DNA of 64,000 nucleotides from Eledone cirrhosa (GCA_964016885.1 OZ024740.1:105400001-105464000), one strand, 5' to 3'. Numbered from the stretch's first letter, positions 40,684 through 52,954 are shown. Notes: generated by a model not told the origin, from the sequence alone. A program made the numbers and translations.

Positions 40684-42149
40684 TTTCTTTATTAGCCACA
40701 GGGGCACAAAAGAAGGGGACAAATACAAAGGGGTACGGAGAGTTTGTACCCCTTTCCTCTCTTCCTCTTTTCCCCTCAACCTAAAGGCTGATATAGAGAG
40801 AAGGCCCATTCACTTGGGCCATTCTCGCCACTTTCACCCACCTTTCATAAAACTTGCTTTCTCTCCATCCTGATTCTACTTCCAAAGTGGTATTTGAAAA
40901 AAAGAATCAGTTGTTGGCCGGAGAGAAAGGTGTCTGACCTCATCCCTTTTAACCTCGTCCACCATACAACCTCTTTCGCCATAGCTATCACACAAAGGAA
41001 AACCGCCTCTCCTTCATTTTTGAAGGAGGGTGGCGGTTTGATCTACGTAGCCCCACAGGTCGATAACGCCCGGGCAGTGTATGAATGCGTGCGCGACGGT
41101 ATCTTGGTCTCGCACGCATCTCGGACAGATCTTTTTCGAAGGGTCCCTGCCCGGGCGCCTATGTCTGTAGAGCTTGTCTCGAACTGGTAGAGCTCCTCGG
41201 TAGCACTGCCAGGCCAGGGACTTTTGGAAGTTGTCCTACCGAACAGACTGGCCAGTTCGTCTTCCTCTACGCCTAGAGTTTCTCCGAGCGCGTCGTTACA
41301 CTTGCTGCGGATCAGCTCTCTATGGAATGACGAAGTGGAGTCTCCACTGATCGCCGGGTCCGCCTGCCAGAGGGCTGTGGGCGCCTGAGTACATTCGATG
41401 TGCCAGTCGCCCATTTTCCTTGGTCTTTGCTTGACCCAGGATTGCAGCTCGGTCAGCGAGACGAGTCGTGGGAAGGCTCCTTTCACGAACGGGGCCCACA
41501 CCGGTTGTCCGGTGAGGAATACGTAGAGATGCCGCAGCCTGGAAGGGTGTTGGAAGGGTGTTGGCAGCAGATGTATCTTCTCATCAAAGGAGCCCGCTTC
41601 TTCCAAAGGAATTGGAAGAGCATGCGCTCCATTTTGGTGAGCGTTTTGGCAGGACAAGGCACGACGGTCAAGCAGTAGTAGATGACGGACGCTATAAAAG
41701 TGTTCGCCACCTCCGCTCGACCTTTTAAGGATAGTTTGCACTCGGCCCACTTCCGGGTGAGTGCAAACACCTTGGCCGTCACCTCGTTCCAGTTCTTCTC
41801 CACCTGGAGGTCCGTACCAAACCAGACCCCGAGCAGCTTTCCCAGTCCTTCCGTCCAGCGTCCGACGACGCCATCGGAAGGCATCGGTTTGCCTCTACAC
41901 GATCCGAGTTGCAAACCGATGTACTTGTTCCGGTTCAGCTTCACTCCTGTGAACATTTCGTATTCCTTCAGTAGAGTGCCAACTTCCTTGATTTGAGAGG
42001 TGCTCGAGACCATTACTGTGAAGTCGTCGGCGTAGGCCGACGCAGCTTTCCGCAGTCCCAGTTCCAGAGGGATGCCCTGCAATAGCTCCAACTTCCGCAG
42101 TAGTGGTTCGAGAGTCAGTACGCACAGAAGGGAGGAGAGAGGGCATCCC
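40681..42149 (-). mobile_element. Tx1-clade (L1 group) LINE, 5'-truncated and decayed
   Basis: GCPLSPLL...EPLLRKL, SAYADD, KLLGVWFG, LSLKGRAEVAN; 3' end aataaagaaac then microsatellite. Confidence 0.88.
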
Positions 42150-42316
42150 TATATATATATCTCTATATATATATCTATATATAGATAGATAGGTAGATAG
42201 CGATAGATAGGTAGATAGATAAATAGATAGATAGATAGAGAGAAAGAGATGAATAGATTGATAGATAGATAAATAGATAGACATACATGCAGACAAACAT
42301 ACATACATACATACAT

Positions 42317-42349
<33 letters not shown>

Positions 42350-43378
42350 TAGATAGAGTGAGACAGTGTGAAATAGCTATCTAGGTAGATATAGATAGAG
42401 ATACATAGAAGAATACAGAGTTAGTTATCTGTATATGAGAGAAAGAGAAAAAGAGAAGAGGAAAGAGAAACGTTGTCTGTAAATCTTCTACGCTATACTA
42501 ACGACTCCACAAATGCGCCATTAGTTGATTATGAGTTTCTTCAATAATCAAGTCAGAAGACTCCGTTATTATCCGTAACCGAAGTCTTATCGGAACTGGA
42601 GAGAGGTTACACACATTAAACACACACACTTGCATACAAATGCTTCCATACACGTACAAACACACATTCACATATACACACACACACACGCTCAGATATA
42701 CGCACACAGAGACACACATACAAACACGCACACTCTCATATATACGTACACACAGACACAAAAACACGCATGTATACATATGCAAACTCACACATGCACA
42801 CACATACATATGCACACGCAAACATTTGCATAGAAGCGTTTACAAACAGACATGCGCATGCATATGCAATTACATAGCATACAAACATATGAACTCACAC
42901 ATATTCAAACAGAGGTGCATGCATACACACACACACACACATATGCGTACATGTAAAATCACATGTACACAAATATGCATCCATATATACGTACACTCAC
43001 AGAATCTCAAACACATGCAGTGACGGAGGTACATGCACACATGCATGGAAATGCGTGCACACTAACATTTACACACAAACAACTGCATGTACACCTGAAA
43101 ATAAAAGCAAGCAAATAGAAACAAACACATACAAATACGCTAACACATTTGCACACACATGTACACATATACGGAAATGTACAATCTAATGCATGTGCAC
43201 ACGCATCCATACACACATACGAGCATGCACACCCGCACAAACAAATTACATACATATACACAAAATACATACAAAACACACAAATACAGACATACACAGA
43301 TACGCATACGCATGCATACACAGGAAAGGAGAAACCTGCACACACATGCACTGACACATATTCACACAAAGGTATATG

Positions 43379-43409
<31 letters not shown>

Positions 43410-43977
43410 ATACACATTCATACACGCACAAACACATGTACACATTCACACATATATTCTCACACATGCGCGCTGGCACACGCACACACTTGCGCACGGG
43501 CGTGAGGCATGCATGCACACGGTGAGAGAAAAATGTACTCACATAGATGCACTGACATATATACACACGCAGACGTATGAACACATACGTACACATGCGC
43601 AAACGCATATTTACAAAGCTACAAAGGAACACTCACACATCCACGGACAAAACAGCCATATGCAGGCACATGCAAATAACAAGAAGCACACAGACACACG
43701 CATGTACAAATTCGTACATGCACATACTGATTAGATACAGCAACAGTTATAATATGAAACAGAATCATTGACTCTATACTGTCATATTGGAATTTGCGAA
43801 GAGAATTTTTGAAATGCTAAAAATAGTCGTTCGTTGCACTTATTGACATTTTAATTTTACTATATTTCTGCAATGTGTTGTGGGTGCGTATGTCTGAGTG
43901 TAATCAAATTTTCATGTTTTTATCCGTTCATTTATCTTCAAATATATATACAATATATATCTATATATATAGATATA

Positions 43978-44612
43978 TTTCTTTATTTACTACAAGGGAC
44001 CACAAGAAAAGGGGACAAAACAAGGACACATGCCGGGGATTTTACATACAATCATGTAAAAATATTGAAATAAACAAATTTAACAATCGAAATCCCCAAT
44101 AGGGGGGGAGGCGCCACAAATGGGTTGTTTAATACCCCATCGATAGAACAACCCTCAACTTCAGGAGCGTGTTGTGCAAGTGCTCCTTTCTTCCTTTTGC
44201 TCTCTTCTTCAACCTACAGGTTTATATACAGAGAAGGCCCAATCACTCGGGCAATATTTGCTACATTCACCCACCTTTCAGTAAACTTACTCGGGTGCAG
44301 TGCCTTTCTCTCCACTCTGATTCTCCTTCTAAAGTGGTACCTAAAGGAGGGAATGAGTTGTTGTCCGGAGAGAAAGGATTCTGTCCTCAGTCCTCTCAAT
44401 CTCGTCCACCATATAAGTTCTTTCACCATAGCCACTATACAGAGGAAAACAACCTCTCTTTCGTTTTTGAAAGAAGTTGGCGGTTTGATCCTTACTATGG
44501 ACTCGGCAGTCAACTGGATTTGTCCCATACGCGACAGCAGTTGTTTTGCGTAGTTCCACAGGTCGATTACCCGGGGGCAATTGTACAATTGAAAAACTAT
44601 AGGGAGGTGTGT
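43978..44612 (-). mobile_element. Tx1-clade LINE 3' end
   Basis: VFLCIVAMVKELIWWTRL...RIRVERK..FTERWV; homologous to 40681-41080. Confidence 0.82.
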
Positions 44613-44955
44613 AGGATACATACATCTATCTATAATATTATAAAGTTGAGTGTCGTGTGTATGTATTATGTATGTATCCTACACACCACCCTATAGTTTC
44701 TTAGCTTTACTCTCTCCGTCGCTCTTCCCTCTCGCTATAATAGATCATTCCCTCTCTCTATAATTTAACTGCTTTACTCTCTCTGTCGCTCTTCACTCTC
44801 AAATATTATAAAGCTGAGCGTCGTCTCTCTCTCTCTCTCACTCTCTCTCTTTCACCCTCTCTATAATTTAACTGCTTTACTCTCTGTCTCTCTTCACTCT
44901 CTATATGACAACACTCTTTTACTTTCCGTATCTACCTTCAATATATCAATATATG

Positions 44956-45280
44956 CCCAGGTTCTGCTGCACATCGGGCTGAGGGGGCCAAACTCCTGAA
45001 ATACCGGTCGCTCTCCGACAGGTTTGCGGTGGTACCCCTGGCAGTGGAGACTTCTGGTGTCCTCGGCCCCAGGGCTACCTCCTTACTCACCACCATAGGC
45101 GCTGAGCTGGCCAGCCGCATGTGTGAGTCCCGCGAGTTGGAGTGGCTTTTCCAACGCGTCTCCCTTGCCGTCCTCCGAGGAAACACCTTCTCCATTCTGT
45201 GCACCGGGGCTGTGGGTTGGCCCCATCGCGTACCGTTGTAGTTGTTGTATACAGATATTAACTCATCAATCCCATTATTT
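44956..45280 (+). mobile_element. CRE-clade non-LTR retrotransposon 3' end (restriction-like endonuclease)
   Basis: AAHRAEGAKLLKY...VPLAVETSGVLGP...LFQRVSLAVLRGN. Confidence 0.82.
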
Positions 45281-45454
45281 ATATCATACATCAACATAGA
45301 GATGAGCGTCGTATGTATGTTTATTTCAAAAGGATAACCTCCTTCAAATTCGGTCAACACACAAACAGGTAATACATACATCAAAAGGCAACCCTCTTAG
45401 AGAGACAGAGAGTGAAAGAGACAGATTAGGAAAACTACACACGCACACACATCT

Positions 45455-45521
<67 letters not shown>

Positions 45522-45594
45522 AAGAGAAACAGAGGGATGGGCAAGCAAGTAATAAATACATCTAAAATCATTTGGATACAAATATCATAATATA

Positions 45595-45782
45595 ATTGTT
45601 TCTACTTTTGGCACAAGGCCAGCAATTACCCAGTACATTACTGGTACTTTATTTTATCGACCCCGTAAGGATAAAAGGCAAAGTTAACCTTGGCGGGATT
45701 TGAACTCAGAATGGCAAGGGCCGTAACTCTATGCGTCAAAGCATGGTGTCCGACCTTCTACCAATACTGCCAATCCACCGCC
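45595..45782 (-). mobile_element. SINE family A
   Basis: reverse-complement consensus match. Confidence 0.9.
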
Positions 45783-46068
45783 CTAAATATCATAATATAA
45801 TGGTTGCAGAACGAAAATACAGACAAATATAATAATGTATGTATCCCACACACTTTTTCTGCCGTCGCTCGCATAAGTAACACACACACACACACACACA
45901 CACATACACACACACACACACACAAATACACATACTTTCACACCTGATTTCGCCAATTGCCGGATTACATTAAACAAAACACACAGACACACACTTGCAC
46001 ATACACACATACACAAAAACACACATACACATGCACAAACACACACACACACACACATATCTATACTT

Positions 46069-46100
<32 letters not shown>

Positions 46101-46109
46101 TGTATGTAT

Positions 46110-46708
46110 GTTTTTAGTCCTATAGGATGTCCAAAGTCACCCTCCTCACCAAGAAACCTTGGTGGGGTTGCCAGTTTAGTCGCCAACGACCCGACCATGG
46201 GACAGGTTGTACTGGAATACATGTTACCAGTAGCCCCAACTGGTGACCTGTCAAAGGGCAAAGGAGCTCTTAAGAGTCAATGGCCATCCAAAATCACCGG
46301 GAGAGATGACCCCTTAGCCTTTGTCATGGCAGAATTCTAGGAGAAGGACAACTCTGATATAACACCTGCAACCATGATGGTATCCAATGATGTTGACTTG
46401 TATTTCTTTTTGGTAAATATCATCTTGGTTAAGAGAGTGGGACTGGCTTTGTGCAGTGCCTTTGCTCACTATAAAAGCTTCACGGCACAGGCATTGCTTT
46501 ATATCTGGAGATCTCTCTGCACTTGTCGTCACATGGTACCAAGGGCCCAGCACTATGTGTCAATAATTGTCACAAGTGTAGTGTTTGTACCAGAGTTTTC
46601 AAGTCGCTGGCTGGACTAAAAAGTCACACTCGTTCAGCACATCGGTAGGGGTTCTCCTACATGGATATAAAGTAGTGGCCGTACTCGAAAACGAGTTGGC
46701 AGCCACAA
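46110..46708 (+). mobile_element. non-autonomous bipartite RTE derivative (5' UTR plus 3' end) in (TATG)n
   Basis: RTE 5'-UTR-like ctaggagaaggacaactctg; terminal HKCSVCTRVFKSLAGLKSHTRSAH*. Confidence 0.8.
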
Positions 46709-46822
46709 TGTATGTATGTATGTAAGATCATTCCCCCTCTCTATAATTTAACTGCTTTACTCTCTCTGTCTCTCTTCACTCTCTATATGACAACACTGTT
46801 TTAGTTTCCGTATCTCCTTTCA

Positions 46823-46877
<55 letters not shown>

Positions 46878-46995
46878 TATATTATGTGTATTAGAAATTG
46901 AGTTTTTTTTACAAAATGAAAATTAACCGAGGTGTCCTACACGATTGAAAGTATAAAGAAAAAAAGATGAAATCGAAAATGCAACTGGAGTTTAA

Positions 46996-47059
<64 letters not shown>

Positions 47060-47185
47060 TTTAGAGAAAGATTAGGAAAACTACACACACACATCTACAC
47101 AGAGACACAGAAAAACAGAGGGAGGGGAAAAGAGAGAGATGGGCCGTTAGACAGAGAGATATACAATTAAAGTGTTAGTTATTCA

Positions 47186-47216
<31 letters not shown>

Positions 47217-47893
47217 TCGGAAGGACAATGTGACACGGGAGAGTGTGTGGTATCTTTGCAGTGGAGTAGTGGGGACAGGTATACCTAGCCTGGCGCCAGC
47301 CGGACAGGCTAGCTAGTAATACATACACACGACATTCAGCTTTATAATATTATAGATATATATGTATGTAAAAGGTAAACAGAAATAACAACACAATCGG
47401 TACAGTATATGGAAGGTATATATTAGGTTAACGCTAGATTAGGAAGGGGGTATATGTATGGACACGAATTCCTGATGAAGTCGTAAGGGTAAGAAAGACA
47501 AGAACGTATTATAATCTAGAGGATATAAAGGTGACATTAGTTATATCCTTCAATCATCACCGCCACACATCAACAATATATGACGTAATATTATCGGATA
47601 TTCCGTTGTAAATAATGATATACTTGACGTCGGTTTTGTTCCATCGACCTGCTCATTCAGATACATGATACCGTTGCGGGATTAGTTTCACGACGAAAGA
47701 CCTTTGACCGAAATGTTGCACATTTTCCTATGTTCTTTCCACTCCCTCGTTTGTGTTCTTTTTTCGTTCCTGAGAAGTAATGTAGCAAGTATGTATGTAT
47801 GTATGTATGTATGTATGTATGTATGTATGTATGTATGTATGTATGTATGTATGTATGTATGTATGTACGCATGCATGTATGTATGTATGTATG

Positions 47894-47968
<75 letters not shown>

Positions 47969-47970
<2 letters not shown>

Positions 47971-48572
47971 CATGTGCCGTGGTGGCCTCTTTGTCAGCAA
48001 TATTTGCCGCACGTTTTTACCACCGTCGTAAAAAAGCCCTTCTGGATTATCTCCCTTTCCCTTCTCCTCACTTTTGGTTGCCCGTGTATCTTTCTCACTT
48101 CCTCCTGTCTATGCGGGAGGTAGCACGATTATACCAGCTCTGAGTTCATACCTGACCACCAGGCTAAAGTCTCCCAGGCTGGCCACAACTTACTTTGCCT
48201 ATTTTTCGACGGTTACTTTTTTGCATGTTTCTTTCACCTGTGTCTTCCCACGATGGGATCTGCACACTTTTTTCTTCTATTCCTTTCCTATTTTCCCCTT
48301 CTTCCTCTCTCCTCACCCCCCCCTGTTCTTCCTCCTTTTCCTCTCTTTCCTTTTCTCTCTCCTTTTCCACCTGGCCTTTTGATTAATAAAAGGCCTCGGG
48401 CGCACCCGAACAACACCGATGTCCTGTAATTCAGCGCCGAAACATCGGTTCGGGATACATTTACAGCTGACGATGGAAACTCCTTTCTTCCTTTCTCCCC
48501 CTGTTACGCCCCAACCACCATCCTAAACCTTGTTTTTAGAAACCACACAGCTCCTTTAGTTTCATAACTTTT

Positions 48573-48573
<1 letters not shown>
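47969..48573 (+). mobile_element. non-coding PLE-like/retrozyme family Y between (TA)n tracts
   Basis: CT-rich tract followed by a hammerhead motif about 150 nt before the 3' end. Confidence 0.65.
48405..48476 (+). ncRNA. pseudoknotted (reordered-strand) hammerhead ribozyme, family Y
   Basis: accgatg-TC-ctgtaa...cc-GAAA-catcggt...ttacag-CTGACGA-t-gg; predicted cut after C48423. Confidence 0.75.
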
Positions 48574-48628
<55 letters not shown>

Positions 48629-48715
48629 CATATATATATATATATGTGTGTGTGTGTATATATATAGAGAGATTCTGAAATCTATAACTCTTTCCTACAA
48701 TCAGACCTTGATACA

Positions 48716-49380
48716 ATGCAGCAAGACCTTTGTTAGCCGCTCTCCAGCCATCTATTTAAAGCTGTATACAGCTATGGTACGACCAAACTTGGAATTCGCA
48801 TCATCAGTCTGGAACCCCTATCTTGCTCAGAATATTGACCTCCTGGAAACTGTTCAGAGACGTGCAACCAAGCACATACCCTCCATCAGACACCTACCAT
48901 ACTCTGAACGCCTTGGCTCCCTGGGCATGGATTCATTGAAGCTCCGACGTCTGGCAATGGACTTGGTAAACACCCACAAAGTTATTAACCATCACGCCAA
49001 CAACAACCCCGAGCACCTTTTTTGATCTCCATGTGTCTAACACACGTGGACATGCCCACAAACTCAGAAAACAGCACAGCTCCCATGACTTTCGGAAACA
49101 TTTTTCACGTTTAGATTTGATGAAGCATGGAACAAACTGCCTGCATCAGTTGTTAGCTGCCGAGACACTGCATCCTTTAAAATCTTCATGCTTCCCGAAA
49201 TTCGCTAAAACTACACCTGATGTCCCCCTTCCATACACATGCACACATGTGTATATCATGACTCATGCACTGTTCATTTTCCTGACGTTTGTACATTACG
49301 CTATGTACTATACTTACACTTTTGATGAGTTGTAGTGTACCTGAGCACTGTCCACAATATTTTCATTATTATTATTATTA
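48716..49380 (+). mobile_element. CR1-group LINE 3' end
   Basis: LYTAMVRPNLEFASSVWNPY...LETVQRRATK...YSERL; (TTA)n tail. Confidence 0.88.
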
Positions 49381-49470
49381 TATACAAATATACACGTATG
49401 CGTGGTACTTATCTACACACGCAATCACACACAAATACATCAAAGTGCATGCTATCTCTCTATATATATA

Positions 49471-49770
49471 TAAGGAAAAAAGATGAAATCGAAAATGCAA
49501 CTGGAGTCTTTAAAAAAAAAACATATTTATTTGGTTCCTTTACCGGTTTCGCAGTTCTTCTGCTTTTCAAAAGTAGAATTAAGATGGAGGGTTTGTGGTT
49601 TTTCTCAATATATATATATTCTAAAATGTGAGAAAAACCACAAACTCTCCATCTCAATTCTACTTTTGAAAAGCAGACGAACTGCGAAACCGGTAAAGGA
49701 AGCAAATAAATATATATTTAAAAAAGAAAAAGACTCCAGTTGCATTTTCGATTTCATCTTTTTTCCTTTA
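49471..49770. repeat. imperfect fold-back palindrome of a PLE 3' end with a TTGAAAA-core hammerhead variant at 49661-49700
   Basis: arms 49471-49607 and 49629-49770. Confidence 0.9.
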
Positions 49771-49826
49771 ATCTCTCTCTCTCTATATATATTAAACGGC
49801 TTGTAATTCTTCCATTAATTATTTTG

Positions 49827-49869
<43 letters not shown>

Positions 49870-49875
<6 letters not shown>

Positions 49876-51176
49876 AAAGACGTAAAATAAGAAAATTATA
49901 GTAATTAACTTACTTAAATTTCACTCTAACTAATTAGTTTCTGAAAGGGGATATACATAGTCTTCAAATGGAGACCATGGAGAATCCTTTCTTCATCAGG
50001 GAGACATTCTCGGCTAAGATTCATGGCAATACGCGGACACAGGGAACTTATACAAAACTAATTCAGTGGATGGAAAAAAGCAAGCGTGGACTAAATTCCA
50101 AGACATTGAAAATTTCACTGCTTTCCTGGTCAGTGGCAAATTCAAAAGAATCAATCACGTGATATCGAGGTTAATCAGTGAGGAGTGGGGTGTTAAAAAG
50201 ACAGTAGCCAAACTAATACTATGAACCATAGTAGTAATTCAGGCAAATTTTTGCTCAACAAAATAATTTGGAGATAATTATAAAGAATTAGTATATCTAC
50301 CAACATAGTTATACAGATGTATACTTACGCTAGCAAAGATATAGGTTTTGACTTAGTAACTTTGTGGTTCAATACAAAAAGATGTAGAACAATTATATAA
50401 AAGACGTAAAATAAGAAAATTATAGTAATTAACTTACTTACTTAAATTTCACTCCAACTAATTAGTTTCTGAAAGGGGATATACATAGTCTTCAAATGGA
50501 GACAATGGAGAATCCTTTCTTCATCAGGGAAACATTCGCGGCTATGATTCCTGGCAATACACGGACACAGGGAACTTATACAAAAATAATTCAGTGGATG
50601 GAAAAAAGCAAGCACGGACTAAATTCCAAGACATTGAAAATTTCACTGCCTTCCTGGTCAGTGGCAAATTCAAAAGAATCAATCACGTGACATCGAGGTT
50701 AATCAGTGAGGAGTGGGGGGTTAAAAAGACAGTAGCCAAACTAATACTATGAACCATAGTAGTAATTCAGGCACATTTTTGCTCAACAAAATAATTTGGA
50801 GATAATTATAAAGAATTAGTGTAGCTACCAACATATTTATACAGATGTATACTTACGCTAGCAAAGATTTAGGTTTCGTCTTAGTAACATTGTGGTTCAA
50901 TACAAAAAGATGTAGAACAATTATATAAAAGACGTAAAATAAGAAAATTATAGTAATTAACTTACTTAGACTATGTATATCCCCTTTCAGAAACTAATTA
51001 GTTGGGGTGAAATTTAAGTAAGTAAGTTAATTACTATAATTTTCTTATTTTACGTTTTTCATATAATTGTTCTACATCTTTTTGCATTGAACCACAAAGT
51101 TACTAAGACAAAACCTATATCTTTGCTAGCGTAAGTATACATCTGTATAAATATGTTGGTAGATATACTAATTCTT

Positions 51177-51178
<2 letters not shown>
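49870..51178 (-). mobile_element. tandem ~528-bp non-coding pLTR/retrozyme units plus inverted terminal segment (50969-51178)
   Basis: direct repeats 49870-50395 and 50396-50925; (TA)n flanks; one hammerhead per unit. Confidence 0.85.
49923..50004 (-). ncRNA. type I hammerhead with enlarged loop II; second copy at 50451-50533
   Basis: tc(t)cc-CTGATGA-a-gaaagg...cctttc-a-GAAA-ctaattag-TT-(g/a)gag. Confidence 0.65.
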
Positions 51179-51271
<93 letters not shown>

Positions 51272-51396
51272 TATTATATATCGGCCTGCCCGCCCAGCCA
51301 ATGGGGTGGCGTTATCTTATGGCTAAAACAGCACGACGTACTGTGGCCAGCGGCGCCGATTGGCGCGCGACAGACTGGTCGGTCAAGGCGATCAAG

Positions 51397-51442
<46 letters not shown>

Positions 51443-51446
<4 letters not shown>

Positions 51447-51835
51447 AATAATGGAGCTGCGCCTTGCAAATGGGATACATATGAAAAAGTAAGTCCTTCA
51501 TCAGTGACCCTCCAACCGTCCCAGGCATTTCATCGCTTTAAGGGCCATATGCCTCAGGTTGGTGCGAACAACGGCTAAAAAAAGTCGTTGGGACACGTAA
51601 ATAAAGGGGACGTTAGGGTGAACAAACAAAATGGTTTAAGCAACAGAAAGTGAGAAGAAAGAGACAAGTCCCAGATGTCTATGAATATAAACTCGGTGAA
51701 ATCGTGAACAAGAGACAAAAGACCATCAAACCTGGTTGAAATGTGAACAAGGAAGGAATTTCGCACAGGTCTAACGGGGGGAAGAAGAAGGGGTCTGGTC
51801 TGCGAATCCGGTAAACATAAGTTCTGTGAAGTCGC

Positions 51836-51889
<54 letters not shown>

Positions 51890-52876
51890 AAAAATTCATA
51901 CCGGCTTGGCCAAGAACGCGCGAGAAAAGAAATCGGACAGGTCAAGCGGGAAGAAAGAGGAGGAAAGAGGAGGAGGAGGAGAAGTAGTGACAGAGAATGA
52001 GTGAGTGAAAGTTGAGGAGGAGGCTAACAGAGAGAGAGACTGCTAGAAAGGGTAAAGATACAAAGAACGAAACAGACGGGTGGCAGCAGAGGAAAAAATA
52101 TGTGTAAATATGATAATAATGGAGCTGCGCGTTGCAAATGGGATACATATGAAAAAGTAAGTCCTTCATCAGTGACCCTCCAACCGTCCCAGGCATTTCA
52201 TCGCTTTAAGGGCCATATGCCTCAGGTTGGTGTGAACAACGGCTAAAAAAAGTCGTTGGGACACGTAATTAAAGGGGACGTTAGGGTGAACAAACAAAAT
52301 GGTTTAAGCAACAGAAAGTGAGAAGAAAGAGACAAGTCCCAGATGTCTATGAATATAAACTCGGTGAAATCGTGAACAAGAGTCAAAAGACCATCAAACC
52401 TGGTTGAAATGTGAGCAAGGAAGGAATTTCGCACAGGTCTAACGGGGGGAAGAAGAAGGGTTCTGGTCTGCGAATCCGGTAAACATAAGTTTTGTGAAGT
52501 CGCAGACGAGAGAGAGAGAGAAAAAAAATTCATACCGGCTTGGCCAAGAACGCGCGAGAAAAGAAATCGGACAGGTCAAGCGGGAAGAAAGAGGAGGAAA
52601 GAGGAGGAGGAGGAGAAGTAGTGACAGAGAATGAGTGAGTGAAAGTTGAGGAGGAGGCTAACAGAGAGAGAGACTGCTAGAAAGGGTAAAGATACAAAGA
52701 ACGAAACAGACGGGTAGCAGCAGAGGAAAAAATATGTGTAAATATGATAATAATGGAGCTGCGCGTTGCAAATGGGATACATATGAAAAAGTAAGTCCTT
52801 CATCAGTGACCCTCCAACCGTCCCAGGCATTTCATCGCTTTAAGGGCCATATGCTTCAGGTTGGTGCGAACAAGGC
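51443..52876 (-). mobile_element. family X tandem array (668 + 634 + ~132 bp) in (TA)n
   Basis: units start at 51443, 52111 and 52745; length difference lies mainly in (GA)n. Confidence 0.92.
51493..51562 (-). ncRNA. pseudoknotted hammerhead, family X copy 1 (also 52161-52230 and 52795-52864)
   Basis: ccaacc-tga-ggca-TA-tggccct-taaagcgat-GAAA-tgcc-tggga-c-ggttgg-agggtca-CTGATGA-aggac. Confidence 0.72.
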
Positions 52877-52915
52877 TATATATATATGTGTGTGTGTGTA
52901 TATATATATTTATAT

Positions 52916-52954
<39 letters not shown>

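Larger units (their letters stand above)
44629..47316 (+). mobile_element. non-autonomous Helitron with nested insertions
   Basis: 5' TCtataatattataaa; 3' hairpin tagcctg/caggcta then CTAG; internal direct repeats (44740-44940 vs 46725-46825). Confidence 0.65.

Noticed and set aside
51493-51562. SECIS or pistol-ribozyme reading of the family X structure
   Set aside because: SECIS helix spacing and the pistol P1/pseudoknot layout do not fit; the hammerhead reading explains UA, GAAA, CUGAUGA and all covarying pairs together.
49870-52876. Tandem arrays as CRISPR or prokaryotic systems
   Set aside because: No repeat-spacer structure, no cas genes, and the context is eukaryotic.
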